From Rubrivivax sp. (lineage in GTDB: Bacteria; Pseudomonadota; Gammaproteobacteria; Burkholderiales; Burkholderiaceae_C), in NCBI GenBank assembly GCA_044237995.1, contig JBIIED010000001.1, forward strand, positions 2,252-66,251: 64,000 bases of DNA, given 5' to 3'. Below are positions 1 to 8,591 of this stretch, piece by piece. The notes under the pieces are model-generated. The model worked only from the letters and a program-made list of their open reading frames with translations. It was not told where the DNA came from and ran no database searches. Made by a program: the position numbers and the translations under genes. Each line of letters starts with the position of its first letter. Position 1 is the stretch's first letter.

Positions 1-783
1 ATCGGCCTGGCTATCGGCCGGCGCGCGGCGGCCGACGGTGCCAACGTGGTGCTGCTGGCCAAGACCGTCGAGCCCAACCCGAAACTCCCCGGCACGCTCC
101 ACACCGCGGCCGCCGAGATCGAGGCCGCTGGCGGGCAGGCCCTGCCGGTTCAGTGCGACATCCGTGAGGAGGAGCAGGTGCTGGCGGCGGTGAAGGCCGC
201 GCTCGAACGCTTCGGCGGCATCGACATCCTCGTCAACAACGCCAGCGCCATCAGCCTCACCCCGACGCCGGCCACGCCGATGAAGCGCTTTGACCTCATG
301 TTCGGCGTGAACGTGCGCGGCACCTACCTGTGCACCCAGGCCTGCCTGGCCGCGCTCACCGCCAGCGCGCGCGCCGGTCGCAACCCGCACGTGCTCAACA
401 TGAGCCCGCCGCTGTCGATGCGCGAGCACTGGTTTCGCAGCCACGTGGCCTACACGATGGCCAAGTACGGCATGAGTGAGTGCACGCTCGGCCACGCGGG
501 CGAGTTCCGCCCGCTCGGGATCGCCGTCAACAGCCTGTGGCCGCGCACGGCCATCGCCACGGCGGCGCTGCAGATGATCCCGGGGGTGGACACGCGGCTG
601 TGCCGCAAGCCCGAGATCCTCGCCGACGCCGCCTGGCACATCCTCACGCGCGATGCGCGCAGCACCACCGGGCGCTTCTTCATCGACGACGAGGTGCTGG
701 CCGAGGCCGGCATCACCGACCTGGACCCGTACTCGGTGGTGCCGGGCACGAAGCAGTTCATCCCGGACTTCTTCGTCGATTGA
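1..783 (+). CDS. Short-chain dehydrogenase/reductase (HSDL2-like NAD(P)-dependent oxidoreductase), 5'-truncated by the window edge
   Basis: Frame is open from base 1 (IGLAIGRRAAADGANVVLLAKT); ILVNNAS motif, catalytic YTMAK (YxxxK), NSLWP and C-terminal PDFF typical of this SDR subfamily. Confidence 0.9.
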   Translation: MGLAIGRRAAADGANVVLLAKTVEPNPKLPGTLHTAAAEIEAAGGQALPVQCDIREEEQVLAAVKAALERFGGIDILVNNASAISLTPTPATPMKRFDLMFGVNVRGTYLCTQACLAALTASARAGRNPHVLNMSPPLSMREHWFRSHVAYTMAKYGMSECTLGHAGEFRPLGIAVNSLWPRTAIATAALQMIPGVDTRLCRKPEILADAAWHILTRDARSTTGRFFIDDEVLAEAGITDLDPYSVVPGTKQFIPDFFVD

Positions 784-830
784 GCCACCGTCGAGCAGCA
801 GGCCCGCTGGGGGCGGACATGCGGGTGCTC

Positions 831-870
831 CCGGCGTGCAGGGGCGTGCAGGGGCGTCCAGGGGCGTGCG
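831..870. repeat. Four tandem 10-bp repeats (consensus GGGGCGTGCA) between convergent genes
   Basis: ccggcgtgca ggggcgtgca ggggcgtcca ggggcgtgcg, read directly. Confidence 0.8.
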
Positions 871-889
871 GCGCCTGGCTTGTGTGCGG

Positions 890-1396
890 CTACTCCCGCG
901 GTATCGGCCGTGGCCGGCCCTGCCGGTCGATCGCCACGTAGGTGACCTGCGCCTCCGTCACCCGCACCACCTGCGGATCGGCCGGGTTGCGCTCGGCGTA
1001 GACCTCCACGTGCACCGTGACGGAGGTGTTGCCCACGCGGACGACCTTGGCGTAGAAGCTCAGCAGGTCGCCCACCGAAACGGGCTGCTTGAAGAGCACC
1101 TCGTTGACCGCCACCGTGGCGATGCGCCCGCGCGCGATACGGGCCGGCAGCACCGCGCCGGCCAGGTCGAGCTGAGCCAGGATCCAGCCGCCGAAGATGT
1201 CGCCGTTGGCGTTGGCGTCGGCGGGCATGGGCATGACCCGCATCACGAGCTCGCGGCCGTCGGGCAGCGTGGCCGCGGGCAGGCGGGGCGGGGCGCAAGG
1301 CTCCAGGGCGCTGGTGGCCGAGGCTCGGGCCGGGCTTGGGGTCGGGGCCGGGGCCGGGGCCGGGGCCGGCTCGGAAGGTGGCGGGAAAGCTGGCAA
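890..1396 (-). CDS. Acyl-CoA thioesterase (HotDog, YciA-like) with Pro/Ala-rich N-terminal extension; start uncertain
   Basis: MPADANANGDIFGGWILAQLDLAG, TVAV..V.F..PV.VGD and GNTSV motifs; TTG at 1396 has GGAG 7 nt upstream; alternative starts at 1444 and 1243. Confidence 0.85.
   Translation of the reverse strand: MPAFPPPSEPAPAPAPAPTPSPARASATSALEPCAPPRLPAATLPDGRELVMRVMPMPADANANGDIFGGWILAQLDLAGAVLPARIARGRIATVAVNEVLFKQPVSVGDLLSFYAKVVRVGNTSVTVHVEVYAERNPADPQVVRVTEAQVTYVAIDRQGRPRPIPRE
1338..1369 (+). repeat. Hexamer microsatellite GGGGTC(GGGGCC)4GG
   Basis: Read directly; encodes PAPAPAPAPTP on the minus strand. Confidence 0.8.
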
Positions 1397-1442
1397 GGAA
1401 GGGCTCCGCTTGGTATGTGGCTCGGACGGCGATAATTCTTCC

Positions 1443-2483
1443 ATGCCATGGTCCGACCTCCTCTCGGGTCTGCCGGGTCTCTCCGGCCGGACCCGTGCGC
1501 GTGACGAGGCCGTGCCCGATCGCGCCCGTGCCCTGCAGGACCTCTCCGTGCGGCTGCGCCGCCTGGGCACGCTCTTCGAGATCGACCGCATCCGCAGCGA
1601 GCAGGTCGACGTGACGGCGGTGGCCGATTACTACGCCGCCTGCCACGACGCCTACCGCAAGTACCACTCGTCCGAGGGCGCCGTGCACATGGCGCTCAAC
1701 GAGGACGGCCGATTCGACGCCTCGGGCTTCACCGGGCAGCTGCGCCGGCTCGAGGCCGGCTGGGGCGCGCGGGCGCCGCGCGACGTGCTGGAGATCGGCT
1801 TCGGCCAGGGCTTCAATCTCGGCTGGCTCGCCAAGCGGCACCCGGGCACGCGCTTCGTCGGGGTGGACCTGACGGCCGCGCACGTGGCGCTGGCGCGCGA
1901 GCGCATTGCCCGGGAAGGGCTGGCCAACGTGGAGCTCCTGGAGGCCGATCTGCACCACCTGCCGCTGCCCGACGCGAGCGTGGACGAAGTCTTCGCCATC
2001 GAGGCCTTCTGCCACGCCATCGACCTGCCGCGCGCGCTGGCCGAGGTGGCACGCGTGCTGCGACCGGGCGGGCGCTTCGTGCTCTTCGACGCCTACCAGG
2101 CGCAGCCCACGCAGGCGATGGAGCCCGTGCTTGCCCTGGCGGTCGAGCTCGTGGGCCGTGGCATGGCCGTCGGCCGCTGGCAGCTGCACGAGGAGATCCT
2201 GCGGCAGGCGGGTGCAGCCGGCTTCGACTTGCAGCGCGAGGAGCCGCTGGAGACGCTGGTGATGCCGAGCCTGAAGCGGGTCGAGCGCGTGATCCGCGCC
2301 GTGATCCGCGTGCCCTGGCTGGCGCGGCGGGCCCTGGCGCGTCGCAGCGCCGCGCGCGGACGCAACGTGCTGGCCGGCTACCTGATGCACCCGGTGACGG
2401 CGCTGGGTGGCCTCGTCTACCGGCACCTCGTGTGGTCCAGGGGGCCGCAGCCCGGGATCATGGATCCGGGTGCCGCGAGATGA
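1443..2483 (+). CDS. Class I SAM-dependent methyltransferase (sterol/tocopherol methyltransferase-like)
   Basis: Motif I VLEIGFGQG, VGVDL, LLEADLHHLP, DEVFAIEAFCHA and RVLRPGGRF; ATG at 1443; stop overlaps the next ATG (ATGA). Confidence 0.85.
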   Translation: MPWSDLLSGLPGLSGRTRARDEAVPDRARALQDLSVRLRRLGTLFEIDRIRSEQVDVTAVADYYAACHDAYRKYHSSEGAVHMALNEDGRFDASGFTGQLRRLEAGWGARAPRDVLEIGFGQGFNLGWLAKRHPGTRFVGVDLTAAHVALARERIAREGLANVELLEADLHHLPLPDASVDEVFAIEAFCHAIDLPRALAEVARVLRPGGRFVLFDAYQAQPTQAMEPVLALAVELVGRGMAVGRWQLHEEILRQAGAAGFDLQREEPLETLVMPSLKRVERVIRAVIRVPWLARRALARRSAARGRNVLAGYLMHPVTALGGLVYRHLVWSRGPQPGIMDPGAAR

Positions 2484-4297
2484 GGGGCCTGGCCCACGGC
2501 GCGGCCGAAGCCGGCCCCCAGGCGCCGCGCGATGCGCATCGCAGCGACTGGGCCACGCTCGGCCGCGTGCTGCCCTACCTGTGGCGCTACCGCTGGCGCG
2601 TCGGGCTGGCGCTGGGTTTCCTGGTGGCGGCCAAGCTCGCCAACGTGGGCGTGCCGTTGCTGCTCAAGCAACTGGTCGATTCCCTGGCGATCTCCCCCGG
2701 CGGAGCGGCCGCGATGCTCGTGGTGCCGGTGAGCCTCATCGTCGCCTACGGGTTGCTGCGGCTGTCGACCTCGCTCTTCACCGAGCTGCGCGAGCTGGTG
2801 TTTGCCAAGGCCACCGAGGGCACCGCGCGCACCTTGAGCCTGCAGGTCTTCGGCCATCTGCATGCACTGAGCCTGCGCTTTCACCTCGAGCGCCAGACCG
2901 GGGGCATGACGCGCGACATCGAGCGTGGCACGCGCGCCGTGCACTCGCTCGTGTCGTACTCGATCTACAGCATCCTTCCCACGTTGATCGAGGTCACGCT
3001 CGTGCTCGGCCTGCTGGCCTGGAAGTTCGACGCCGCCTTCGCCTGGATCACGCTGAGCGCGCTGGCCTTCTACATCGCCTTCACCGTGAGCCTGACGGAG
3101 TGGCGCACGAAATTCCGGCGCGAGATGAACGAGCTCGACTCGGCTGCGCACACCACGGCCATCGACTCGCTGCTGAACTACGAGACCGTCAAGTACTTCA
3201 ACAACGAGGCCTTCGAGGCGCGGCGCTACGACGAGAGCCTGGAGCGGCTGCGCCGCGCAGCGCTCAAGAGCCAGAGCACGCTGAGCCTGCTCAACACCGG
3301 GCAGCAACTCATCATCGCCACCGCACTGGTTGCGATGCTGTGGCGCGCCACGCAGGGCGTGGTCGACGGGCGCATGACGCTGGGCGACCTCGTGATGATC
3401 AACGCCTTCATGATTCAGCTCTACATCCCGCTGAATTTCCTGGGCGTGATCTACCGCGAGATCAAGCAGGCGCTTACCGATCTGCACAAGATGTTCGCGC
3501 TGCTCGAGCGCGAGCGCGAGGTGGCCGATGCGCCGGGTGCCGGGGCGCTGGCGGTGTCGCAGGGTCATGTGCGCTTCGAGGCCGTGAGCTTCGCCTACGA
3601 CCCGGCGCGGCCCATCCTGCACGAGGTGAGCTTCGAGATTCCGCCGGGCAAGACGGTGGCGGTGGTCGGCCCCTCCGGGGCGGGCAAGTCCACGCTGGCG
3701 CGGCTGCTCTACCGCTTCTACGACGTGACCGGCGGCGCCATCACGATCGACGGCCAGGACCTGCGGCAGGTGACGCAGTCGAGCCTGCGCGCGGCCATCG
3801 GCATCGTGCCGCAGGACACCGTGCTCTTCAACGACACGGTGGCCTACAACATCGGCTACGGCCGCACCGGTGCGTCGCAGGAAGCGATCGAGGCAGCGGC
3901 GCGCGCCGCGCACATCCACGACTTCATCGCCGGCACACCGACGGGCTACGCCACGCGCGTGGGTGAGCGCGGCCTGAAGCTCTCCGGCGGCGAGAAGCAG
4001 CGCGTGGCCATCGCGCGCACGCTGCTGAAGGATCCGCCCGTCCTCATCTTCGACGAGGCCACCTCGGCCCTCGACTCGGCCAACGAGCGCGCCATCCAGG
4101 CCGAGCTGCAAAGCGCCGCGCGCGGAAAGACAGCGCTCGTGATCGCGCACCGGCTCAGCACGGTGGTGGACGCGCACGAGATCGTCGTGCTCGAGCAGGG
4201 GCGGGTGGTCGAGCGCGGCACGCACGCCGAGCTCCTGGCGCGCCAGGGGCACTACGCGCGGATGTGGCAGCTGCAGCAAAGCGGAGCGGCGATCTGA
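2480..4297 (+). CDS. Atm1/ABCB7-type ABC exporter (fused permease and ATPase)
   Basis: LHALSLRFHLERQTG, DSLLNYETVKYF, Walker A GPSGAGKST, signature LSGGEKQR, DEATSALD, IAHRLST. Confidence 0.93.
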   Translation: MRGLAHGAAEAGPQAPRDAHRSDWATLGRVLPYLWRYRWRVGLALGFLVAAKLANVGVPLLLKQLVDSLAISPGGAAAMLVVPVSLIVAYGLLRLSTSLFTELRELVFAKATEGTARTLSLQVFGHLHALSLRFHLERQTGGMTRDIERGTRAVHSLVSYSIYSILPTLIEVTLVLGLLAWKFDAAFAWITLSALAFYIAFTVSLTEWRTKFRREMNELDSAAHTTAIDSLLNYETVKYFNNEAFEARRYDESLERLRRAALKSQSTLSLLNTGQQLIIATALVAMLWRATQGVVDGRMTLGDLVMINAFMIQLYIPLNFLGVIYREIKQALTDLHKMFALLEREREVADAPGAGALAVSQGHVRFEAVSFAYDPARPILHEVSFEIPPGKTVAVVGPSGAGKSTLARLLYRFYDVTGGAITIDGQDLRQVTQSSLRAAIGIVPQDTVLFNDTVAYNIGYGRTGASQEAIEAAARAAHIHDFIAGTPTGYATRVGERGLKLSGGEKQRVAIARTLLKDPPVLIFDEATSALDSANERAIQAELQSAARGKTALVIAHRLSTVVDAHEIVVLEQGRVVERGTHAELLARQGHYARMWQLQQSGAAI

Positions 4298-4352
4298 GGC
4301 TGCTGCCGGGCTGCCGCGCGGGCGCGGCCCGCGGCGTCGGCGTGGCGGTGCC

Positions 4353-6602
4353 TTACTTGGTCTCGAAGGTGTAGACCCCGTCCCACCCGGGGTCGGGGGG
4401 AGCGTCGCGCAGCCGCTGCGCGCGCTCGATCCACAGCGCAAAGAGCTGGCATGGCTGCTCGTCGTGCAGCACCTGCCAGGCCTGGAGCGAATCGTCGAAG
4501 CGGCCATCGCGCCAGGCAGCCAGTGCCGTCTCGTGGCGCTGCGCGTGGGCGCTCTGCGCGGCGCTGGCCTCCCGGGCCCGTGCGACCGGCTCGTGGATGG
4601 AAAGAGGCGTCTCGCGCCCCTTGACGCGCACGCGGTCGAGTTCGCGCCAGAGGAAGTCCTCGCCCGCGGCCTGCCGCACCGACTCCCCGGCCACGATGCC
4701 CACGCCGTAGGCCTTGGTCAGCCCTTCCAGGCGCGAGGCGGTGTTCACCGTGTCGCCGAGCACCGTGTAGGCCATGCGGTAGGCCGAGCCCATGTTGCCC
4801 ACCACCGCCGGCCCGGTGTTCAGGCCGATTCCCACGGCGAGCTGCGCGCCACCGGGCAGCTCGAGGCGGGGCACGAGGGCGGCCAGGGCGCGCTGCATGT
4901 CCAGGGCTGCGGCCACGCTGGCTGCCGCATGGTCGTGGCGCGCGACCGGCGCACCCCAGAAGGCCATCACGCAGTCGCCGATGTACTTGTCGATCGTGCC
5001 GCGGTGGTCGGCCCGGATCACGCGCGAGAGCTCCGTCAGCAGCGTGTTCATCAGCTCGCCCAGCGCCTGGGGCTGCATCTGCTCGGACAGCGTCGTGAAG
5101 CCGCGCACGTCGGCGAACATCACGCTGAGCTCGGCGCTGCGCCCGGACATCGAGTAGCGCGCCGGGTCGGCGTTCATCTCGCCGATGAGCTCGGGCGGCA
5201 CGTACTGGCCGAAGAGTCGGCCCAGTGCCCGGCGGCCGCGCGTCTCGAAGAGGTAGGCCAGCAGGTTGAGCCCGACGAAGAGCGTGGCCAGTTGCACCAG
5301 CGGCAGCGCAAGCGGCAGCACCCAGCGCTCGCGCGTCCACAGCGTCCAGCCCGCCGCCAGCAGCGCCAGCACGAGCAAGCCCGTGGACAGCGCGAAGCTG
5401 CGCAGTCTGAGCCCGCGTGCGGCGATGAGCATGACAAGTGCCACCCCTGCGAGCAGGCCGAGCACGGCTGCGTTGGTGAACCAGGGCTGGCTCGGCAGCC
5501 GCCCGTCGAGCGCGCCCTGGATCACGGAGGCGTGCACCTCGACCCCTGGAAACACGCGGTCGCCCCCCACGGGCGTGGGCACGCTGTCGCGCAGCCCCGG
5601 GGCGGTGGGGCCGAAAACGACGATGCGATCACGCAGCCGCGCGGGGTCGGCGCGGCCCTCGAGCACGTCGGCCGCAGAGACCGTCTCGATTGTGCCGGGC
5701 GGCCCGAAGAAGGGCACGAGCACGCGCGCGGCCGGATCGATCGGCAGCGCCAGCCGCTCGCCGATCTGCAACAAGGCCGCAGGCTCGCCCGGCGCGGCCG
5801 CGGGCACCCCGATGGGTGCCTTGCCCGAGACCTGCGACAGCACCTCCAGCGCGAGCGAGGTGTAGACGAAGTCGCCGTGGGCCACCAGCATCGGCAGGCG
5901 CCGTGTCACCTTGTCCACGTCTTCGTCGCGCGTGAAGTGACCAGCCGCCCCGGCAGCCTGCATGAGCGCCGGCAGGTTCGCGCCGAAGCCGGGGAACTCA
6001 GGCGCCTGGAGCCCCAGCTCAGCGGCCACCTGCCGGGGAAGCCAGCCCGGATCGGGCAGCGCGCCGGTGCTCTGGTCACGCGCACGGGTGAAGTAGTAGC
6101 CCAGCACCACGGCCCGGCCCTGCAGCGCCTGCGCGAAGACGGTGTCGCGGTCCAGGCGTTCAAGCACGGCCTCGAGCTCGCGGCGCAACGCCGGATCCGC
6201 CCCCGCGGGTGTGCGTTCTAGCGCCGCCCGGATGGCTGGCGCGTCGCTGCGATCGGCCTCCGCGAACACCGCGTCCAGCGCCAGCACCTTCGCGCCATAG
6301 GTGTCGAAGAGCGTGCGCACGAGCTCGGCCAGGCGGTCGCGCGGCCAGGGCCACTGGCCCACGCGGACCAGGCTGGGCTCGTCGATGGCCACGATCGTCA
6401 CGGCCGGGCGCGGGCTGGGCGAGAGGCTCGCCTGGACGAGACGATCGTAGAGCCACAGGTCGAACCGCTGCAGGGGGTCCGGGGCACGCTCGGGCGCAAG
6501 CGCAGCGGGAACGAGGGCGAGCGTGACGGCCAGGGTCAACGCGGCGCAGGCGAGGGTGGCCCGTGCTCGCGGGGTCGAGGTGAGTCCCCAGGAAATCCGC
6601 AT
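4353..6602 (-). CDS. CHASE2-domain class III adenylate cyclase (membrane-bound sensor)
   Basis: N-terminal TM; CHASE2 motifs IVAIDEPSL..VGQWPWPR and PGVEVHA; three TMs; cyclase motifs FADVRGFT, DKYIGD, GIGLNTG, YTVLGDTVNTASRLE (Lys/Thr indicate ATP specificity); C-terminal WDGVYTFETK. Start is ATG 6602 or GTG 6605. Confidence 0.92.
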   Translation of the reverse strand: MRISWGLTSTPRARATLACAALTLAVTLALVPAALAPERAPDPLQRFDLWLYDRLVQASLSPSPRPAVTIVAIDEPSLVRVGQWPWPRDRLAELVRTLFDTYGAKVLALDAVFAEADRSDAPAIRAALERTPAGADPALRRELEAVLERLDRDTVFAQALQGRAVVLGYYFTRARDQSTGALPDPGWLPRQVAAELGLQAPEFPGFGANLPALMQAAGAAGHFTRDEDVDKVTRRLPMLVAHGDFVYTSLALEVLSQVSGKAPIGVPAAAPGEPAALLQIGERLALPIDPAARVLVPFFGPPGTIETVSAADVLEGRADPARLRDRIVVFGPTAPGLRDSVPTPVGGDRVFPGVEVHASVIQGALDGRLPSQPWFTNAAVLGLLAGVALVMLIAARGLRLRSFALSTGLLVLALLAAGWTLWTRERWVLPLALPLVQLATLFVGLNLLAYLFETRGRRALGRLFGQYVPPELIGEMNADPARYSMSGRSAELSVMFADVRGFTTLSEQMQPQALGELMNTLLTELSRVIRADHRGTIDKYIGDCVMAFWGAPVARHDHAAASVAAALDMQRALAALVPRLELPGGAQLAVGIGLNTGPAVVGNMGSAYRMAYTVLGDTVNTASRLEGLTKAYGVGIVAGESVRQAAGEDFLWRELDRVRVKGRETPLSIHEPVARAREASAAQSAHAQRHETALAAWRDGRFDDSLQAWQVLHDEQPCQLFALWIERAQRLRDAPPDPGWDGVYTFETK

Positions 6603-6607
6603 CACCG

Positions 6608-6614
6608 GATAATG
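6608..6614. promoter_or_regulatory. Putative bidirectional sigma70 -10 element shared by the cyclase and tpsB
   Basis: GATAAT (+, 6608-6613) overlaps CATTAT (-, 6614-6609) in the only AT-rich patch of a 60-bp divergent gap. Confidence 0.45.
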
Positions 6615-6662
6615 CCGTCAGTCGGCCTGCACGGGAACCCGGGGGCCAACCAGGGGGAGCCG

Positions 6663-8384
6663 ATGCATACGACCACCGATCCCAGCATCGCACGGTCCGG
6701 GAAGGCCGGCGCGGGCCGGCTGCGCCGGTTCGGTGCACCGCGCCTGATCCATGCCTTGGCAGCCTCTGCTGTGGCCGCCGCAGCGCCTGCCGCGCAGGCT
6801 GGCCCGGGCAGCCTCGTCACCGCTTCGGCCTGGCAGGCGCTGCAGGCGGTGGCGGCCATGCCACCTCCGGCGGCCGGTGTGCCACGCTTTGCCATCTCGC
6901 GCTTTGTCGTGGAGGGCGCCTCGCTCGTGCCGGCGCAGGACTTCGAGGCAGCACTCGCCCGCTTCACGGGCGAGCAGCGCACCTTCGCCGATATCGAGGC
7001 CGCCGCCGAGGGGGTGCGAGCCGTCTACGAGCGCGCGGGCATTGCCTCCGTCGAGGTCACCGTGCCCGAGCAGGCGCTGGTGCAGGGTGTCGTGCGGCTG
7101 AAGGTGGAGGAGCTGCGCCTGGCCCGCGTCGAGATCGCCGGCGCGCAGCAGCGCTCGCCAGAGAACGTGCGCCGCGCCGTGCCCGGGCTCGCCGAGGGCC
7201 GCACGCCGTCGGACCTGATGCTGTCGCGCCAACTGCGTCTGGCCAACGAGAACCCCGGGCGCCAGATGCAGGTGACGATGCGAACCGAGCCTGGCGGGCA
7301 GCTCACTGCGGTGCTGCGCGTGGCCGACCGCCCGGCGCTGATCGGCCAGGTTTCGGTGGACAACACCGGCACGCCGAGCACCGGGCGCATGAGGATGTCC
7401 CTGGCCGTCCAGCACATGAACCTGCTCGATCGCGACATCGTCGCCACCGCGCAGTTCCAGACCTCGCCCGAGTTCTTCGACGAGGTGCGGTTGGCCTCGG
7501 TCTCGGCGCGCGTGCCGCTGTACGCCGCCGGGCTGATGCTCGAGGGCTCGGCCGTGCATTCCAGCGTGGACTCCGGCACCGTGCGTACGGTGGCAGGCGA
7601 GTACCTGCTCTCCAGCAGCGGCCTGACGCTGTCGCTGCGGTTCGTGCGGCTGCTGCACCGATGGGGCACGGTGGAGCCGCGCGTGTGGGCGGGTCTGGAG
7701 TCCAGGCTCGTACAGAGCAGCGTGACCACGGCTGCCGGCGGCCCAAGCCTGGTGCCTGACATCGAGTTGCGCCCGATCCAGCTTGGGCTGGCCGCAGCCT
7801 GGCGCGGGCAGGCCGCGGCCCTGAACGGCCAGGTGGTGGCCATGCGCAACGTGCCTGGCAGTGGTCGCAGTGCGCCATCGGTCTTCGCGAGCCCCGGCCT
7901 GCGCGCGGGCGCCAACCCGCACTACAGCCTCGTGCGTGCGTCCGCCTCGGCCACCCGCGCGTGGGAGGCGGGTACGGCCCTGGCGCAATGGAGCGGGCAG
8001 TGGACGCGTGATGCACTCGTGTCGGCCGAGCAGTTCGGCATCGGGGGTGAGGGCTCGGTGCGCGGCTTCGACGGCCGGCTCGTCACGGGCGACATCGGCC
8101 AGCGCCTGTCCCTGGAGTGGCAGACCCCGCCGCGCACCTGGGGCGAAACCTCTTCGCTCGAGGTCTCGGGGCTCGTCTTCGCCGATGCCGGTCGCGTGAG
8201 GCGTCTGCAGGCGCTGCCAGGGGAGGCCACCGGGGCGACGCTGGCGGGCGCGGGCATCGGCGTGCGGGTCTTCCGGCCCCGCAGCTTCTCCGTCCGGCTC
8301 GACATTGGCGCGGCGCTGAAGGCCGAAGGGGTCGCCTCGACGCGCACCGGATTCGTGCACGCGGGTGCCGAATACCCGTTGTAG
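6663..8384 (+). CDS. TpsB two-partner secretion transporter (ShlB/FhaC/HecB family)
   Basis: Two POTRA-like segments (RFAISRFVVEGASLVP; LARVEIAGA), SVDNTGT..TG.MR, loop-6 motif EQFGIGGEGSVRGF, FADAG, beta-barrel C-terminus; GGAG RBS before ATG 6663; directly upstream of TpsA. Confidence 0.9.
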   Translation: MHTTTDPSIARSGKAGAGRLRRFGAPRLIHALAASAVAAAAPAAQAGPGSLVTASAWQALQAVAAMPPPAAGVPRFAISRFVVEGASLVPAQDFEAALARFTGEQRTFADIEAAAEGVRAVYERAGIASVEVTVPEQALVQGVVRLKVEELRLARVEIAGAQQRSPENVRRAVPGLAEGRTPSDLMLSRQLRLANENPGRQMQVTMRTEPGGQLTAVLRVADRPALIGQVSVDNTGTPSTGRMRMSLAVQHMNLLDRDIVATAQFQTSPEFFDEVRLASVSARVPLYAAGLMLEGSAVHSSVDSGTVRTVAGEYLLSSSGLTLSLRFVRLLHRWGTVEPRVWAGLESRLVQSSVTTAAGGPSLVPDIELRPIQLGLAAAWRGQAAALNGQVVAMRNVPGSGRSAPSVFASPGLRAGANPHYSLVRASASATRAWEAGTALAQWSGQWTRDALVSAEQFGIGGEGSVRGFDGRLVTGDIGQRLSLEWQTPPRTWGETSSLEVSGLVFADAGRVRRLQALPGEATGATLAGAGIGVRVFRPRSFSVRLDIGAALKAEGVASTRTGFVHAGAEYPL

Positions 8385-8591
8385 AGCGTCTGTGCGAGCC
8401 GAATCGGTGCATGGGTGACCGCCGTGCATCGCGGACCTCGGTGTAATCCCCCCCATTCCGGGTGTTGAGTTCTCGCGCAATCATGAGAAGACTGCGATGG
8501 CTTTCCGTTTGCGGGGCGCGTGCACGAGTGCGCTCTCCCGACACTCGCCGGGAAGTGCCCAGACAGGGAGGCCCGCCAGAGGCTCACGACG

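Noticed and set aside
1397-1591. Longer N-terminal extension of the thioesterase ORF
   Set aside because: It would overlap the methyltransferase start and the shared promoter; TTG 1396 has a better RBS
8385-8591. Possible CRP/Clr site or riboswitch between tpsB and tpsA
   Set aside because: Only short inverted repeats (TTCTC-N10-GAGAA, GAGTG..CACTC); no convincing TGTGA-N6-TCACA or recognisable riboswitch by eye; an Rfam scan would be needed
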